A DNA stretch of 64,000 nucleotides from an uncultured Candidatus Peribacteria bacterium. Its GTDB lineage: Bacteria > Patescibacteriota > Gracilibacteria > UBA1369 > 2-02-FULL-48-14. Where the stretch lies: assembly GCA_964441065.1 (NCBI GenBank), contig CAYTWD010000001.1, positions 73,285 to 137,284 on the forward strand, given 5' to 3'. The notes beneath the pieces are model-generated. The model was not told the origin of the DNA. It was given only the letters and a program-made list of their open reading frames with translations, and searched no databases. Position numbers and translations under genes: made by a program. Below, piece after piece: positions 27,884 through 37,941 of the stretch; position 1 is the first letter of the stretch; every line of letters begins with the position of its first letter.

Positions 27884-29569
27884 CTAAAAATTCTTCCTCT
27901 TAAACATTGTCTCCAGCCCGTCAAAAGTCAAAGTCACAAATGCGGGACGACCGTGTGGGCAATGACTGCAATGTTTAGTTTTTTCCATGTCGCGAATCAA
28001 AGCCTCCATTTCGCTGATCGTCAAATTATCCCCAAATTTTATTGCACCTCGGCAAGCGGTGTAAGTCAGTAAGGTCTCACGAAAATCTTTGACTGGATTT
28101 GAATTCAAATCACTTATAATTTCATTCAAAAATACATCCGGGTTGCGCACTCCAAACGGTGTTGCCCTCACCAAGAAAGTTCGGCCACCAAATTCTTCCA
28201 ATTCAAAACCCAAAGCTTCAAAATCCTTCAAGTTATCTTTAACAATTCTGTAGCCGTCTTTTCCAAGTTCCAATTCAAGCGGCACCAAAAGCGACTGTTT
28301 CTCAATTTTTTCACTTGCCAAATTTTCCATCAAACGGGCATATCTGACTCTTTCGTGCGCGGCGTGCTGATCAATCAAAATCAATCCCTCTTCACTTTCA
28401 GCAACAATATATGAATTTGCAACTTGTGCAATCGGTCGCATGTAAACTTTTTCAAATTCTATTAGTTTTGGCGTCGGCGATTCAGGTCGAATTGATTGTG
28501 CCTGTCTCTCAAAATTTACAGGAGCTGGAGTAAAAACCTCAACTTTTCTCTCGCCAATTATCGGATTCAACATATTCGCCTCAAGAGCGTGATGAATCGT
28601 AGACATTACGACTCTAAAAACTTCCTGTTGGTTCAAAAACCTGATCTCAAGTTTTCGCGGGTGAACATTCACGTCAATTAAATTCGGATCAATTTCCATA
28701 TTGATTAAATACCAAGGAAATTTCTCGTGCATCAGGAGTGAATGGAAGGCATCTTTAACGGCGTGAGAAACCATTCTGTCTTCGATTGGTCGGCCGTTTA
28801 CAAATAAGAATTGATATTTTTTACTCGATCGAGAAAGTTCCGGTTTACCAACAAAGCCGCTTAGAATTAAATTCGACTGTTGATAATTTATTGGAATTAG
28901 TGAGTCTGCCGCCGTGCCATATAAAGAACGAATCCTTTCTTTTAAAGACTGGCGCGAAGGCAAATCAAAAACTTCTTCATTATTATTTTTGAGTTTAAAA
29001 GAAATTTCCGGGTGAGCCAAAGCCACATTCGCAAGCACATCAAAAATATGACCGTATTCGGTTTTTTCCTGCTTCATATATTTTTTTCTGACAGGCGTGT
29101 GCTGAAAAAGTCCCAAAATCGAAATGTCTGTTCCTTTCAAACAAGCGCTTTCTTCAAAACGCATTTCTTTTCCTCCGTCAATTTCAATCAAGGTGCCAAT
29201 TCTGTCTTCATTAGTTTGTAAACTAACTTGAGCAATACTTGCGATACTAGCGAGCGCCTCGCCTCTGAAACCCAAGCTTTTCACGCAAAACAAGTCTTCA
29301 ATAGATTTAATTTTACTTGTCGCGTGTTTTTTAAAGCAAAGTCGAGCGTCGTCTGAGCTCATTCCCATCCCATTATCAATAACCCGAATTTTTTTTAATC
29401 CGCCTTCCTCAATTTCAACCGAAATTTTATCAGCGCCTGCATCAATGCTATTTTCCAGAAGTTCCTTTAAAGCGGAAGCCGGTCTTTCAATAACTTCACC
29501 GGCGGCAATTTGGCTTATCAATTCTTCGCTTAAGACAGTGATTTTTTGCATACCCTTTAATTTAATCAC
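27884..29569 (-). CDS. mutL: DNA mismatch repair protein MutL
   Basis: 561 aa. IAAGEVIERPASALKELLENSIDAGA (GHKL ATPase), GFRGEAL and the C-terminal CPHGRP motif are present. Confidence 0.9.
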   Translation of the reverse strand: MIKLKGMQKITVLSEELISQIAAGEVIERPASALKELLENSIDAGADKISVEIEEGGLKKIRVIDNGMGMSSDDARLCFKKHATSKIKSIEDLFCVKSLGFRGEALASIASIAQVSLQTNEDRIGTLIEIDGGKEMRFEESACLKGTDISILGLFQHTPVRKKYMKQEKTEYGHIFDVLANVALAHPEISFKLKNNNEEVFDLPSRQSLKERIRSLYGTAADSLIPINYQQSNLILSGFVGKPELSRSSKKYQFLFVNGRPIEDRMVSHAVKDAFHSLLMHEKFPWYLINMEIDPNLIDVNVHPRKLEIRFLNQQEVFRVVMSTIHHALEANMLNPIIGERKVEVFTPAPVNFERQAQSIRPESPTPKLIEFEKVYMRPIAQVANSYIVAESEEGLILIDQHAAHERVRYARLMENLASEKIEKQSLLVPLELELGKDGYRIVKDNLKDFEALGFELEEFGGRTFLVRATPFGVRNPDVFLNEIISDLNSNPVKDFRETLLTYTACRGAIKFGDNLTISEMEALIRDMEKTKHCSHCPHGRPAFVTLTFDGLETMFKRKNF

Positions 29570-29590
29570 AATCTCAGCTAAAATAAAGCC

Positions 29591-30502
29591 ATGAATATAT
29601 TGTCGATCATAATAACAGTGTCTGGTCTCGCGCTATTTGAGACAGTTAGCAGTATCGACAACGCAATAATCAACGCCCAAGTTTTAAGCACAATGTCGGC
29701 AAAAGCAAAAAGATGGTTTTTATTTTGGGGACTTTTGTTCGCGGTTTTTGTTGTTAGAGGAGCCTTGCCATGGTTTATAGTTTGGATGGTTAATCCCGGA
29801 CTTGGCCCGATTGGCGCCTTTACTTCAACCTTCAGTAACGATCCCGCGATTCATGAATCAATAGAGAAATCAGCGCCAATTTTACTAATGGGAGGGGGAG
29901 TATTCCTCTTATTTTTATTTTTCAACTGGCTTTTTTTGGAACAGAAAAATATTGGTTTAAAGGGAGAAAAATTTTTTTTACGCAATGGGGTTTGGTTTTA
30001 CGCCGTCGTTTCAATTCTACTTTCGGTTATAGTTTGGTATTCTCTGAAAATTAATCCTGTGATGGCTTTTTCAGCTGTAATTGGATCAACCGGATTTTTT
30101 ATCACTCACGGTTTTAAACAAAATGCGGAACAGGCCGAGAAAAGATTAATAGGAGGGCACATGTCAGACGTCAGCAAAATTTTATTTCTCGAAATTATTG
30201 ATATTTCATTCTCAATTGATGGAGTTTTGGGAGCATTTGCCTTCACTCTTTCTGTTCCGCTTATTTTACTTGGAAACGGACTTGGAGCATTTGTAGTGAG
30301 AGAATTGACAATCGGCAATATTGAGCGGATTAAAAAATATATTTACCTCGCGAATGGAGCAATGTATTCAGTTTTTTTCCTTTCCCTTGTTATGATTGGC
30401 CACGCTTTCGGTTTACCTGTCCCAGAATGGGCCTCACCAATTCTAACTTTCGGAGCAGTTTGGTACTTTTTTATGAAATCTAAAAAAACTCAATTAACAT
30501 GA
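29591..30502 (+). CDS. DUF475/TerC-like integral membrane protein
   Basis: 303 aa, multi-pass. ETVSSIDNAIINAQVL and a second ..IDISFSIDGVLGAFA half are typical of the two-repeat TerC/DUF475 fold. Confidence 0.5.
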   Translation: MNILSIIITVSGLALFETVSSIDNAIINAQVLSTMSAKAKRWFLFWGLLFAVFVVRGALPWFIVWMVNPGLGPIGAFTSTFSNDPAIHESIEKSAPILLMGGGVFLLFLFFNWLFLEQKNIGLKGEKFFLRNGVWFYAVVSILLSVIVWYSLKINPVMAFSAVIGSTGFFITHGFKQNAEQAEKRLIGGHMSDVSKILFLEIIDISFSIDGVLGAFAFTLSVPLILLGNGLGAFVVRELTIGNIERIKKYIYLANGAMYSVFFLSLVMIGHAFGLPVPEWASPILTFGAVWYFFMKSKKTQLT

Positions 30503-31422
30503 ATAAAAAACTTTTAATCGCTACGGTCTTATCTCTAGGAATAGTTGGAGGAACTTCTCTATATTATTTCAATTCAGCAGATGAAAGCCCGGTCGAAACT
30601 CCAGTAGAAAATACCGGCGAATCCAATTCGCGCCCCGCAGGAAAAGACGCATATTTTGTTCAAAATCCAAGCAACTCGGCAAATCTTTATGTGAAAATTG
30701 TTCATCCGACAACTCGTATTGAAGGAAAACTTCCCACGGTATTTTTAATTCCGGGTTCAAGTGGTGACAGTTCGGAATTTTTAAAGCCGGGGAAAAAATC
30801 AGCGCAAACTTTAGCAGACGAGGGTTTTGCTGTAGTAGTTTTTGATCCTGACGGAAGAGGAAAAAGTGAAGGCGAAGAAGATTATGACGGCTTCGTTCAA
30901 CAAGATGGTTTGAAGGCCATAATCGATTATGTTTCCACACTTCCTGAAATTGACTCCGAGAAAATGGGAATAGCCTCATATTCTTTTGGGGTTACAATGG
31001 CTTCAGGCGCGCTTTCACGTTATCCGGATTTGCCCATTAAGTTTTTGTCTGATTTTGAAGGACCCGCGAATAGGGATGATACCGCGGGTTGTGATGGCTC
31101 CGGTCTGGGTCATTTAAAAGAAGTAGCCGAATGTGACGATGAAAATTTCTGGGCGCAAAGAGAAGCCGTGTCTTTTATATCCAAAATCAAAGTTCCTTAC
31201 TGGAGAATTCAAACACTTAAAGATCACGCGCAGCCAGATTATCACCACACGGTTTTGATGATAAATGCGGCATTGTCAGGCTCCTCAACAAACGTGCTTT
31301 TAAATGAGGAAGAAGTCAAAACCCAATTTAGTGAGAATGATCTTCCGCGAATGGTACCCGACACAGTTGATATAAACTTAATGAAAGTCCTTGCAGATCA
31401 CATTAATAAGATGCTGGAGTAG
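30499..31422 (+). CDS. Secreted or anchored alpha/beta-hydrolase
   Basis: 307 aa with an N-terminal signal-like helix. VFLIPGSSGD and the nucleophile elbow SYSFG are present. Confidence 0.5.
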   Translation: MNKKLLIATVLSLGIVGGTSLYYFNSADESPVETPVENTGESNSRPAGKDAYFVQNPSNSANLYVKIVHPTTRIEGKLPTVFLIPGSSGDSSEFLKPGKKSAQTLADEGFAVVVFDPDGRGKSEGEEDYDGFVQQDGLKAIIDYVSTLPEIDSEKMGIASYSFGVTMASGALSRYPDLPIKFLSDFEGPANRDDTAGCDGSGLGHLKEVAECDDENFWAQREAVSFISKIKVPYWRIQTLKDHAQPDYHHTVLMINAALSGSSTNVLLNEEEVKTQFSENDLPRMVPDTVDINLMKVLADHINKMLE

Positions 31423-31457
31423 GGGGTTGACCACCAAATCTAAAGTAGTAAAATGAC

Positions 31458-32657
31458 TTGGTGAGTAAAATTAATTCAGACGCAAAAAAAGAGCGACATA
31501 AGAAACTCTTTGAGGGGCACTACCAAACCCGTTTGGGTCACGTTTGGTTCCTTGCAATAAGAGCTGTGAAGAAGGTTTGGGATTTCATTACTCCTTCGAG
31601 GAAAATCTTACCTTCGTTTCGTCATCCACTTGACGGAATGCCCGCTCCAAAAAGACTTTACACGACCGTTGCCGCTTGGAGCATGGTAATTTTACTTATG
31701 ACTTCTGTAAATATCAGTAGCGCAAACTATGATGAAGGAGCTTATTTTGCATCTGATGAATTGGGCTTGCAGGAAGGTTTTGATGTGATTACTGATGAAG
31801 AGGGCTACATTATTAAATCATCTCCACTCGAAGGGGAGGCCCTTTTTGCACAAAATAGAGCCGAACAAATTGAGCATGAGGTTCAACCTGGTGACACTCT
31901 ATCTGTAATTGCTTACAGGTACGGTCTCAAAAGTAGCACGATAAAATATGCAAATCCCACAATTGGAAGTGGCGATTATCTTAAAATAGGTCAAAAATTA
32001 AACATTCCTGCAAAAGACGGATACTACGTTAAGGTAAAAGCTGGAGATTCGATAGCAAAACTTGTTGAAAAATATAAGGGTGATCTTAATAAAACCAAAG
32101 AATTCAACAAAATTACTGAGGATTCTGATTTGATTGCAGATACAAGCCTCTTAATTATTGATGGTAAACCTGAAATAACATACATTGCCACCCAATCCTC
32201 AGGTGGCGGAGCTTCGAGCAGACCCTCTGTGTTTCAATACGATATTCCTCCAAATGCTCAAGGCTGGATTTTACCGACCCATGGTCTTGTAACTCAAATT
32301 TTCCACGGTGGGCACTTCGGATATGACGTCGCGGATCGTTCACAACCGCCCATTGTTGCTGCTGCGGACGGGCTTGTTATTAAAGCTAGCTCAGGAAGTT
32401 ATGGAGGCGGTTATGGAAATCACATAATTATTGACCACGGCAACGGCTACACAACTCTTTATGCTCATGCCGAAGCGCTTTATGTGAATCTTGGCGACCA
32501 TGTTAAACAAGGTCAGGTTATTGCAAAAATGGGTCGAACAGGGCGTGTTCGTGGCGCGACAGGGATTCATTTGCATTTTGAAGTCTCATACAAAGGAAAA
32601 AAACTTCCGATAAGTGCACTTGGGTCTGAATTCACAGGTTACGGTACAAAATGGTAA
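31458..32657 (+). CDS. LysM-domain M23 metallopeptidase
   Basis: 399 aa with a GTG start. Two LysM-like segments (VQPGDTLSVIAYRYGL.., VKAGDSIAKLVEKY..) and the M23 motifs GNHIIIDHGNGYTTLYAH and HLHFEV are present. Confidence 0.8.
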   Translation: MVSKINSDAKKERHKKLFEGHYQTRLGHVWFLAIRAVKKVWDFITPSRKILPSFRHPLDGMPAPKRLYTTVAAWSMVILLMTSVNISSANYDEGAYFASDELGLQEGFDVITDEEGYIIKSSPLEGEALFAQNRAEQIEHEVQPGDTLSVIAYRYGLKSSTIKYANPTIGSGDYLKIGQKLNIPAKDGYYVKVKAGDSIAKLVEKYKGDLNKTKEFNKITEDSDLIADTSLLIIDGKPEITYIATQSSGGGASSRPSVFQYDIPPNAQGWILPTHGLVTQIFHGGHFGYDVADRSQPPIVAAADGLVIKASSGSYGGGYGNHIIIDHGNGYTTLYAHAEALYVNLGDHVKQGQVIAKMGRTGRVRGATGIHLHFEVSYKGKKLPISALGSEFTGYGTKW

Positions 32658-32872
32658 AACTTTTAATCCGACTTTATCAGAAAACGATTTCTCCTGATCA
32701 TTCTTGGCTCAGGCATTATTTTCCGGGTGGATTTTGCAGGTTTACCCCAAGTTGCAGCGCCTATACGTATGAAGCGATAAAAAAGCACGGAAATATTAAA
32801 GGCATTTTGATGGGAATTTGGCGTGTTATTCGCTGTAATCCTTGGTCGCGCGGCGGTATTGATTTGCCGTAA
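32651..32872 (+). CDS. yidD: Membrane protein insertion efficiency factor YidD
   Basis: 73 aa. LIRLYQKTISP...CRFTPSCSAYTYEAIKKHG...RVIRCNPW..GG.D. Confidence 0.85.
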   Translation: MVKLLIRLYQKTISPDHSWLRHYFPGGFCRFTPSCSAYTYEAIKKHGNIKGILMGIWRVIRCNPWSRGGIDLP

Positions 32873-32908
32873 AATAAAGTGTAAAGTCACCCGGGTTTCC
32901 TATCAATT

Positions 32909-34471
32909 ATGACTGAAGACATAAGAAAAATCGCCAGAGTTTTGATCAGCGTGTCTGATAAAAGTGAACTAATTTCCTTAGCCGAGGCTTTGAAAAAGCA
33001 CGGCGCGGAAATTTTATCTACAGGAGGAACCGCAAAATTTCTGAAAGAGAATGGTTTTGAAGTAACAGATGTTTCTGATTACACCGAATTTCCTGAAATG
33101 ATGGGGGGAAGACTCAAAACCCTTCACCCAAAAATTCACGGCGGAATTTTGATGAGACGCGGACTAGATGAAGCAGAAGCCGAGAAAAACGGCATCAAAC
33201 CAATAGACATGGTTGTGATAAATCTTTACCCTTTCCGCGAAACAATTTCAAAAGACGGCGTAACTGAAGAAGAAGCTATAGAACAGATAGACATTGGTGG
33301 TCCGGCAATGCTTCGTTCGGCTGCAAAAAATTTCAAATCCGTGACTCCGCTCACCGCGATTAATGATTACAAATTAATAATCGAAGAACTCGAAAAATTT
33401 GGTGGAATTACTTTGGAAACACGAAAAAAACTAGCGATTGAAGTCTTTGATAAAACCTCAAGTTACGATTCTGCGATTGCGGAATATTTAAGATATAAAG
33501 GCGAACCGGTTGAACTTCTGAACTTGCATTATGAAAAAGTCATGAGTCTTCGTTACGGGGAAAATCCACACCAAAAAGCCGCATTTTTCCGTGATCCAAC
33601 AGATCATTTCCCAAATGTAACAAACGCAAAAGTTTTACAGGGGAAACAACTGTCTTACAACAATATTATAGACACCGATGCGGCACTCGAGCTTGTGAAA
33701 GATTTTGATAAGGCCGCGGCGGCCGTGATTAAACACACTAATCCTTGCGGTTGTGCTACTGCTGAAAAAATAACCGACGCATTCACTCTCGCTTTTGAAG
33801 TTGATCCAAAATCAGCTTTCGGCTGTGTAATTGCTTTAAACCGACAATGCACAAAAGAAATCGCAGAATACATTCAAACAAATAAAATTTTCGTTGAAAT
33901 AATTGTCGCAACAAAATTTGAAAAAGCCGCTCTCGAGATTCTCTCCAAAAAAGAAAATTTAAGACTTCTTGAAACCGGCGATTTACGCAAAAATCCAAAC
34001 CAGCGCAATATCAAAACGGTCAGCGGTGGAATTCTTGTTCAAACAGCAGATCAATATATTGTCACAGAAAAAGATCTAAAAACTGTCACAAAAAAAGAGG
34101 CAACAGTAGATCAAATTGAAGCTATGCTTTTCGCGCGTGTTCTTGTTAAGCACGTGAAATCAAACTCTGTGGTCTTCGCAAAAACTCACGACAAAGGCGG
34201 TTGTGTTGCCACCGGAATTGGAGCCGGCCAAATGTCTCGAGTTGATGCGGTTATGCTAGCTCGTATGAAAGGCGGTGACAGAATCCCCGGCTCGGTTATG
34301 TCTTCAGACGCATTCTTCCCATTCGCCGACAGCGTTGAAGAAGCGAAAAATGCCGGCGTGACCGCGATAATCCAACCGGGAGGTTCAATACGTGATGCTG
34401 AAGTGATTGCAAAGGCGGATGAGCTGGGAGTGGCAATGATTGTTACGGGTATCAGGAGTTTTAAGCACTAA
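32909..34471 (+). CDS. purH: Bifunctional AICAR transformylase / IMP cyclohydrolase
   Basis: 520 aa. ALISVSDK-type MGS domain (VLISVSDKSELISLAEAL), GGRLKTLHPKIHGGIL, DIGGPAMLRSAAKN, and a C-terminal ..QPGGSIRD. Confidence 0.95.
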   Translation: MTEDIRKIARVLISVSDKSELISLAEALKKHGAEILSTGGTAKFLKENGFEVTDVSDYTEFPEMMGGRLKTLHPKIHGGILMRRGLDEAEAEKNGIKPIDMVVINLYPFRETISKDGVTEEEAIEQIDIGGPAMLRSAAKNFKSVTPLTAINDYKLIIEELEKFGGITLETRKKLAIEVFDKTSSYDSAIAEYLRYKGEPVELLNLHYEKVMSLRYGENPHQKAAFFRDPTDHFPNVTNAKVLQGKQLSYNNIIDTDAALELVKDFDKAAAAVIKHTNPCGCATAEKITDAFTLAFEVDPKSAFGCVIALNRQCTKEIAEYIQTNKIFVEIIVATKFEKAALEILSKKENLRLLETGDLRKNPNQRNIKTVSGGILVQTADQYIVTEKDLKTVTKKEATVDQIEAMLFARVLVKHVKSNSVVFAKTHDKGGCVATGIGAGQMSRVDAVMLARMKGGDRIPGSVMSSDAFFPFADSVEEAKNAGVTAIIQPGGSIRDAEVIAKADELGVAMIVTGIRSFKH

Positions 34472-34567
34472 ATTACAGGTTTGCACGGGCAGATTTTGAG
34501 CGCAGGCAGAATGCATTTGACACAATTCTTTATTTGGATGTAAGTTAAGATCCTTTTAATAAAAATC

Positions 34568-35281
34568 ATGGCAAAAGTAGATGAATTCAGAGTAGCCTCA
34601 GAAGGTGCAACTGCAACACAACCAAAAGAAGTACCTGCTCTTCTTGATGTCCAACAGGATACAGGCGAACAAGTCGTAGCAGTTTCTAAAGCAACAGAAT
34701 CGATAGAAGTAGATTCTAGACTGACGGAATTCTACGAAATGTACGGGAGATGGAGCGCAGTAAGTAAATCAAGACTAGATTGGCCGAGAGTTCAAGATGC
34801 AATGCTCGCAGATGACGGAGCACTTCTTGAACGAGTGAAGGAAATCCCAAAAGGCTCTGAAGGAGAAGACCCTGTTATGTTCGGAGCTGATAGAGATGGG
34901 AACATTCTTTTCGCAAATGGAGGAAAGCACGCAATCCTCACTGGTATGCCGTTTGCACAAACAGTTCAAAAGGCAAAAGAATTGGGACTTATACTATTTT
35001 CATGTGTATTGCATGGTAATTATAATGATGAAGGGAAAAAGACTTCTGACTATGCTCAAATGAGTGAAGAAATGCACCTGTATCAAGAATTCACGAATTC
35101 AGATATTGTAGAACCTGAATTAGATCAAAATGAGGCATCTATATGGCTTCCAAAGAGCGATCTGTTAGGACTAATTTGGGTTATGTCATATTCAAAATAC
35201 AATTACAGTTTTGGTGTTCAGTCGAAGTATTTATCGATCCGTACTCGTGGAGTACGTTTAATGCTACGTGCAAAGGCTTAG
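34568..35281 (+). CDS. Hypothetical protein, possibly DUF4256-like
   Basis: 237 aa. The arrangement LDWPRVQDAMLADDGALL..., a Gly/Glu-rich loop and a C-terminal RG.R..LR weakly recalls DUF4256. Low certainty. Confidence 0.35.
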   Translation: MAKVDEFRVASEGATATQPKEVPALLDVQQDTGEQVVAVSKATESIEVDSRLTEFYEMYGRWSAVSKSRLDWPRVQDAMLADDGALLERVKEIPKGSEGEDPVMFGADRDGNILFANGGKHAILTGMPFAQTVQKAKELGLILFSCVLHGNYNDEGKKTSDYAQMSEEMHLYQEFTNSDIVEPELDQNEASIWLPKSDLLGLIWVMSYSKYNYSFGVQSKYLSIRTRGVRLMLRAKA

Positions 35282-35346
35282 TCCTCAAAGCAAAAACTTC
35301 CCCTCGACAAAATCCGAAAAGTTGATAGTATAGCTAAAATAAAGCT

Positions 35347-36375
35347 ATGAGCAACGATATTAAAGATTTTGCAATCGCCACACTGGGGAGCCATACAGCT
35401 CTTCAAATACTCAAGGGTGCCAAAGAAGAGGGAATGAAAGCTATAGCAATTTGCACGAAGGAAACAAGAAAGCCATACGACAGTTACGGAGTCGCGGATG
35501 AAATTATAGAAATTGATTCCTTCGATAATTTTTTTGAAATCGAAAAGATTTTGATGGAGAAAAATGCAATTGTGATTCCACACGGGAGCTTTGTTAGCTA
35601 TCTTGGTCCTGAAAAAATCAAAAATAACTTGAAGGCGATGCATTATGGCTCAAAGGGAATTTTGATTTGGGAATCCGATCGTTCAATGGAAAGAGTGTGG
35701 CTTAAAGACGCGGGTTTAGATCTCCCTAAAATTTATAAAACACCTGAGGAAATCGACGGTCCGGCTATTGTTAAATTTCACGGAGCAAAGGGCGGATTCG
35801 GTTATTTTATAGCGCATTCACCTGAAGAATTCCACGAACGCATAAAAAAATTTAAAGATCCCGAAGATTACGTAATTCAAGAATATGTGGTTGGTGTTCC
35901 AATGTATGTTCATTATTTTCAATCAGCGCTCACAGGAGAACTCGAAATTATGAGCTTCGACAAACGTTATGAATCCAATGCCGATTCAATCGGACGAATC
36001 GCCGCAAAAGATCAAATTGCTGCAGATATTCAAACGAGTTACACAATTACCGGAAACATGCCGATTGTTGTGCGTGAATCAATGCTTCCAATGTTTTTTC
36101 AAATTGGCGAAGATGTTGTTAAAGCTTCGAGAAAACTCGAGGGCGTGCCAAAAGGTCTTTACGGACCGTTCTGTCTTGAAGGAATTATTGATCCAAATTT
36201 GAACTTCCGTGTTTTTGAAATTTCTGCAAGAATTGTTGCCGGAACGAATCCTTACACAAACGGTTCGCCTTACACTTGGTTGAAATACAACGAACCAATG
36301 TCCACGGGTCGCCGCATAGCTCGCGAAATTAAAACTGCAATCCAAACCGGTCGTTTACAAGATATTTTAGGATGA
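35347..36375 (+). CDS. purP: Archaeal-type FAICAR synthetase (formate- and ATP-dependent AICAR formyltransferase) PurP
   Basis: 342 aa. It aligns end to end, from memory, with Methanocaldococcus PurP: IATLGSHTALQILKGAKEEG, IPHGSF, WESDRS, IVKFHGAKGGFGYF, DKRYESNADS, ITGNMPIVVRESMLP, GPFCLEG, RIAREIK. Confidence 0.85.
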   Translation: MSNDIKDFAIATLGSHTALQILKGAKEEGMKAIAICTKETRKPYDSYGVADEIIEIDSFDNFFEIEKILMEKNAIVIPHGSFVSYLGPEKIKNNLKAMHYGSKGILIWESDRSMERVWLKDAGLDLPKIYKTPEEIDGPAIVKFHGAKGGFGYFIAHSPEEFHERIKKFKDPEDYVIQEYVVGVPMYVHYFQSALTGELEIMSFDKRYESNADSIGRIAAKDQIAADIQTSYTITGNMPIVVRESMLPMFFQIGEDVVKASRKLEGVPKGLYGPFCLEGIIDPNLNFRVFEISARIVAGTNPYTNGSPYTWLKYNEPMSTGRRIAREIKTAIQTGRLQDILG

Positions 36376-37517
36376 AATACACAATAGCCGTTCTCGGAGG
36401 TCACAGCGCATTAGACGTTTGCGCCGGAGCAAAAAAACACGGCTTCAAAACGCTCGCGGTTTGCCAAAAAGGTAGAGAAAAAACTTACGCCGAATATTAT
36501 AAAACTCGTGGAAAACTCGGCTGCATTGATGAGGTTCTTACTGTGGAAAAATTTTCCGACATCACAAAACCCGAAATCCAAAAAGAACTCAAAAAAAGAA
36601 ATGTAATTTTCATTCACAATCGTTATTTCTGGGTTTATTGCAATTTTGATGAAGTTGAGGACATAAAGAAATTTACTGCACCAATCTATGGTAATCGTAA
36701 ATTTGTTAAATTTGAGGAGAGAAATATAGGGAGAAATCAATATTGGTTGCTTCAACAAGCAAAAATAAGGACTCCAAAAGTAATAAGAGATGGACTTGTA
36801 GGTTTTGCTAACGAAAAAGATCTGAGAAAAGTATTAGACGACCACTTTGTTGTAAAAAAAGGTGGTCCTTTGATAGTAAAGGTTAATGAAGCACAACGAA
36901 AATACGAAAGAGCCTTCTTTATTATCAACTCGGAACACGATTACTTTGAAATAAGTGAAAGAATGATAAAAAATGGAGTAATAAATAGAGATATACTAAA
37001 TTCTGCATTAATTGAAGAGTTTGTAATTGGGGCACAGGTCAATTTCAACTTTTTTTACTCAACAATTAGTCAGAGATTAGAGTTGATGGGAACCGATGCT
37101 CGAAGACAAACAAGTTTAGATGGTTTCTTGAGACTTGATGCTGAAAGACAGTTAGAGTTATTAAAAAAAGGTTATAGACCATCAATGATTGAAACTGGGC
37201 ATTATTCAGTTACTATTAAAGAATCTCTAATAGAAAAAGCCTATGAAATCGGTGAGAAATTTGTGAAAGCAACAAAGGAGCATTATGGCCAATCCATAAT
37301 CGGTCCATTCGCACTTCAGGGTGCTGTTGCCTCTGAAAATGGCCGTGAAGAACTAGTAATTTTCGATGTCTCAATGCGAATTCCGGGCTCACCGGGAACA
37401 AAATTCACTCCATACACAAGTTATCTTTGGGGCGAACCCATGAGCTACGGCGAAAGAATCGCGATCGAAATTAAAGAGGCGATTAAGGCTAAGAAGCTGG
37501 ATCTAGTTTTGACATAA
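36372..37517 (+). CDS. Second, more divergent PurP-family ATP-grasp paralog
   Basis: 381 aa. IAVLGGHSALDVCAGAKKHGF, IGPFALQG, VFDVSMRIPGSPG and ERIAIEIKEAI parallel the PurP motifs. ATGA overlap with purP. Confidence 0.7.
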   Translation: MKYTIAVLGGHSALDVCAGAKKHGFKTLAVCQKGREKTYAEYYKTRGKLGCIDEVLTVEKFSDITKPEIQKELKKRNVIFIHNRYFWVYCNFDEVEDIKKFTAPIYGNRKFVKFEERNIGRNQYWLLQQAKIRTPKVIRDGLVGFANEKDLRKVLDDHFVVKKGGPLIVKVNEAQRKYERAFFIINSEHDYFEISERMIKNGVINRDILNSALIEEFVIGAQVNFNFFYSTISQRLELMGTDARRQTSLDGFLRLDAERQLELLKKGYRPSMIETGHYSVTIKESLIEKAYEIGEKFVKATKEHYGQSIIGPFALQGAVASENGREELVIFDVSMRIPGSPGTKFTPYTSYLWGEPMSYGERIAIEIKEAIKAKKLDLVLT

Positions 37518-37662
37518 AATTTAGGAATTTTACTTTTTCAGCTTTCTCCCTTGCCGCATCAGCGATCCATTTATTAAAAGTAGTTCCTTCTTCTTTTGCT
37601 AGTTTTCCGATTCTAGTTTTTTCCTCCTTTGTAAATGGAACTAAAACTTTTTTAAGCTTCAT
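37489..37662 (-). CDS. Small ribbon-helix-helix-like protein (57 aa, below the ORF-track cutoff)
   Basis: Hand translation gives MKLKKVLVPFTKEEKTRIGKLAKEEGTTFNKWIADAAREKAEKVKFLNFMSKLDPAS. The pattern beta-strand (VLVPFT), helix (EEKTRIGKLAKEEG), helix (FNKWIADAAREKA) is CopG/RHH-like. It overlaps the 3' end of the purP paralog by 29 nt. Confidence 0.3.
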   Translation of the reverse strand: MKLKKVLVPFTKEEKTRIGKLAKEEGTTFNKWIADAAREKAEKVKFLNFMSKLDPAS

Positions 37663-37760
37663 AAAAATAGGTGAGTATGTATTTACTTTATAGTATATCT
37701 GCTTAATTAAAACAAATAATCCACCTGTAAAATTATTGTATAATTCTACAGATAAGACTT

Positions 37761-37774
37761 TACCGCCGGCGGTA
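37761..37774. promoter_or_regulatory. GC-rich perfect 14-bp palindrome TACCGCCGGCGGTA nested in a larger inverted repeat
   Basis: The palindrome lies at 37761-37774. The outer arms CACCTGTAA (37722-37730) and TTACAGGTG (37778-37786) bracket it. It sits in the AT-rich spacer between the RHH-like ORF and hicB. Confidence 0.3.
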
Positions 37775-37941
37775 ATATTACAGGTGATGTTTTGCCAAAT
37801 ATGTTTTATATAAATCGTATGTCAATGCAATTCTTTGCCTTCCTGAAAAATTCAGGAATCTTTCAGGACTTTGTAAGTTCTGAACGCTATCCTTATTACT
37901 TAATCCATAATATAATCTATATGAAAACATATATTGATTTC

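Noticed and set aside
35278-35643. 121-aa minus-strand ORF overlapping the purP start
   Set aside because: It is antisense to the strongly conserved PurP N-terminus (IATLGSHTALQILKGAKEEG) and has no motif of its own.
37792-37941. Long N-terminal extension of hicB (ORF-track start at 37792)
   Set aside because: HicB homology begins at MKKKQLFTVIIEE (37942). The upstream 50 codons are AT-rich spacer and include the inverted-repeat region.
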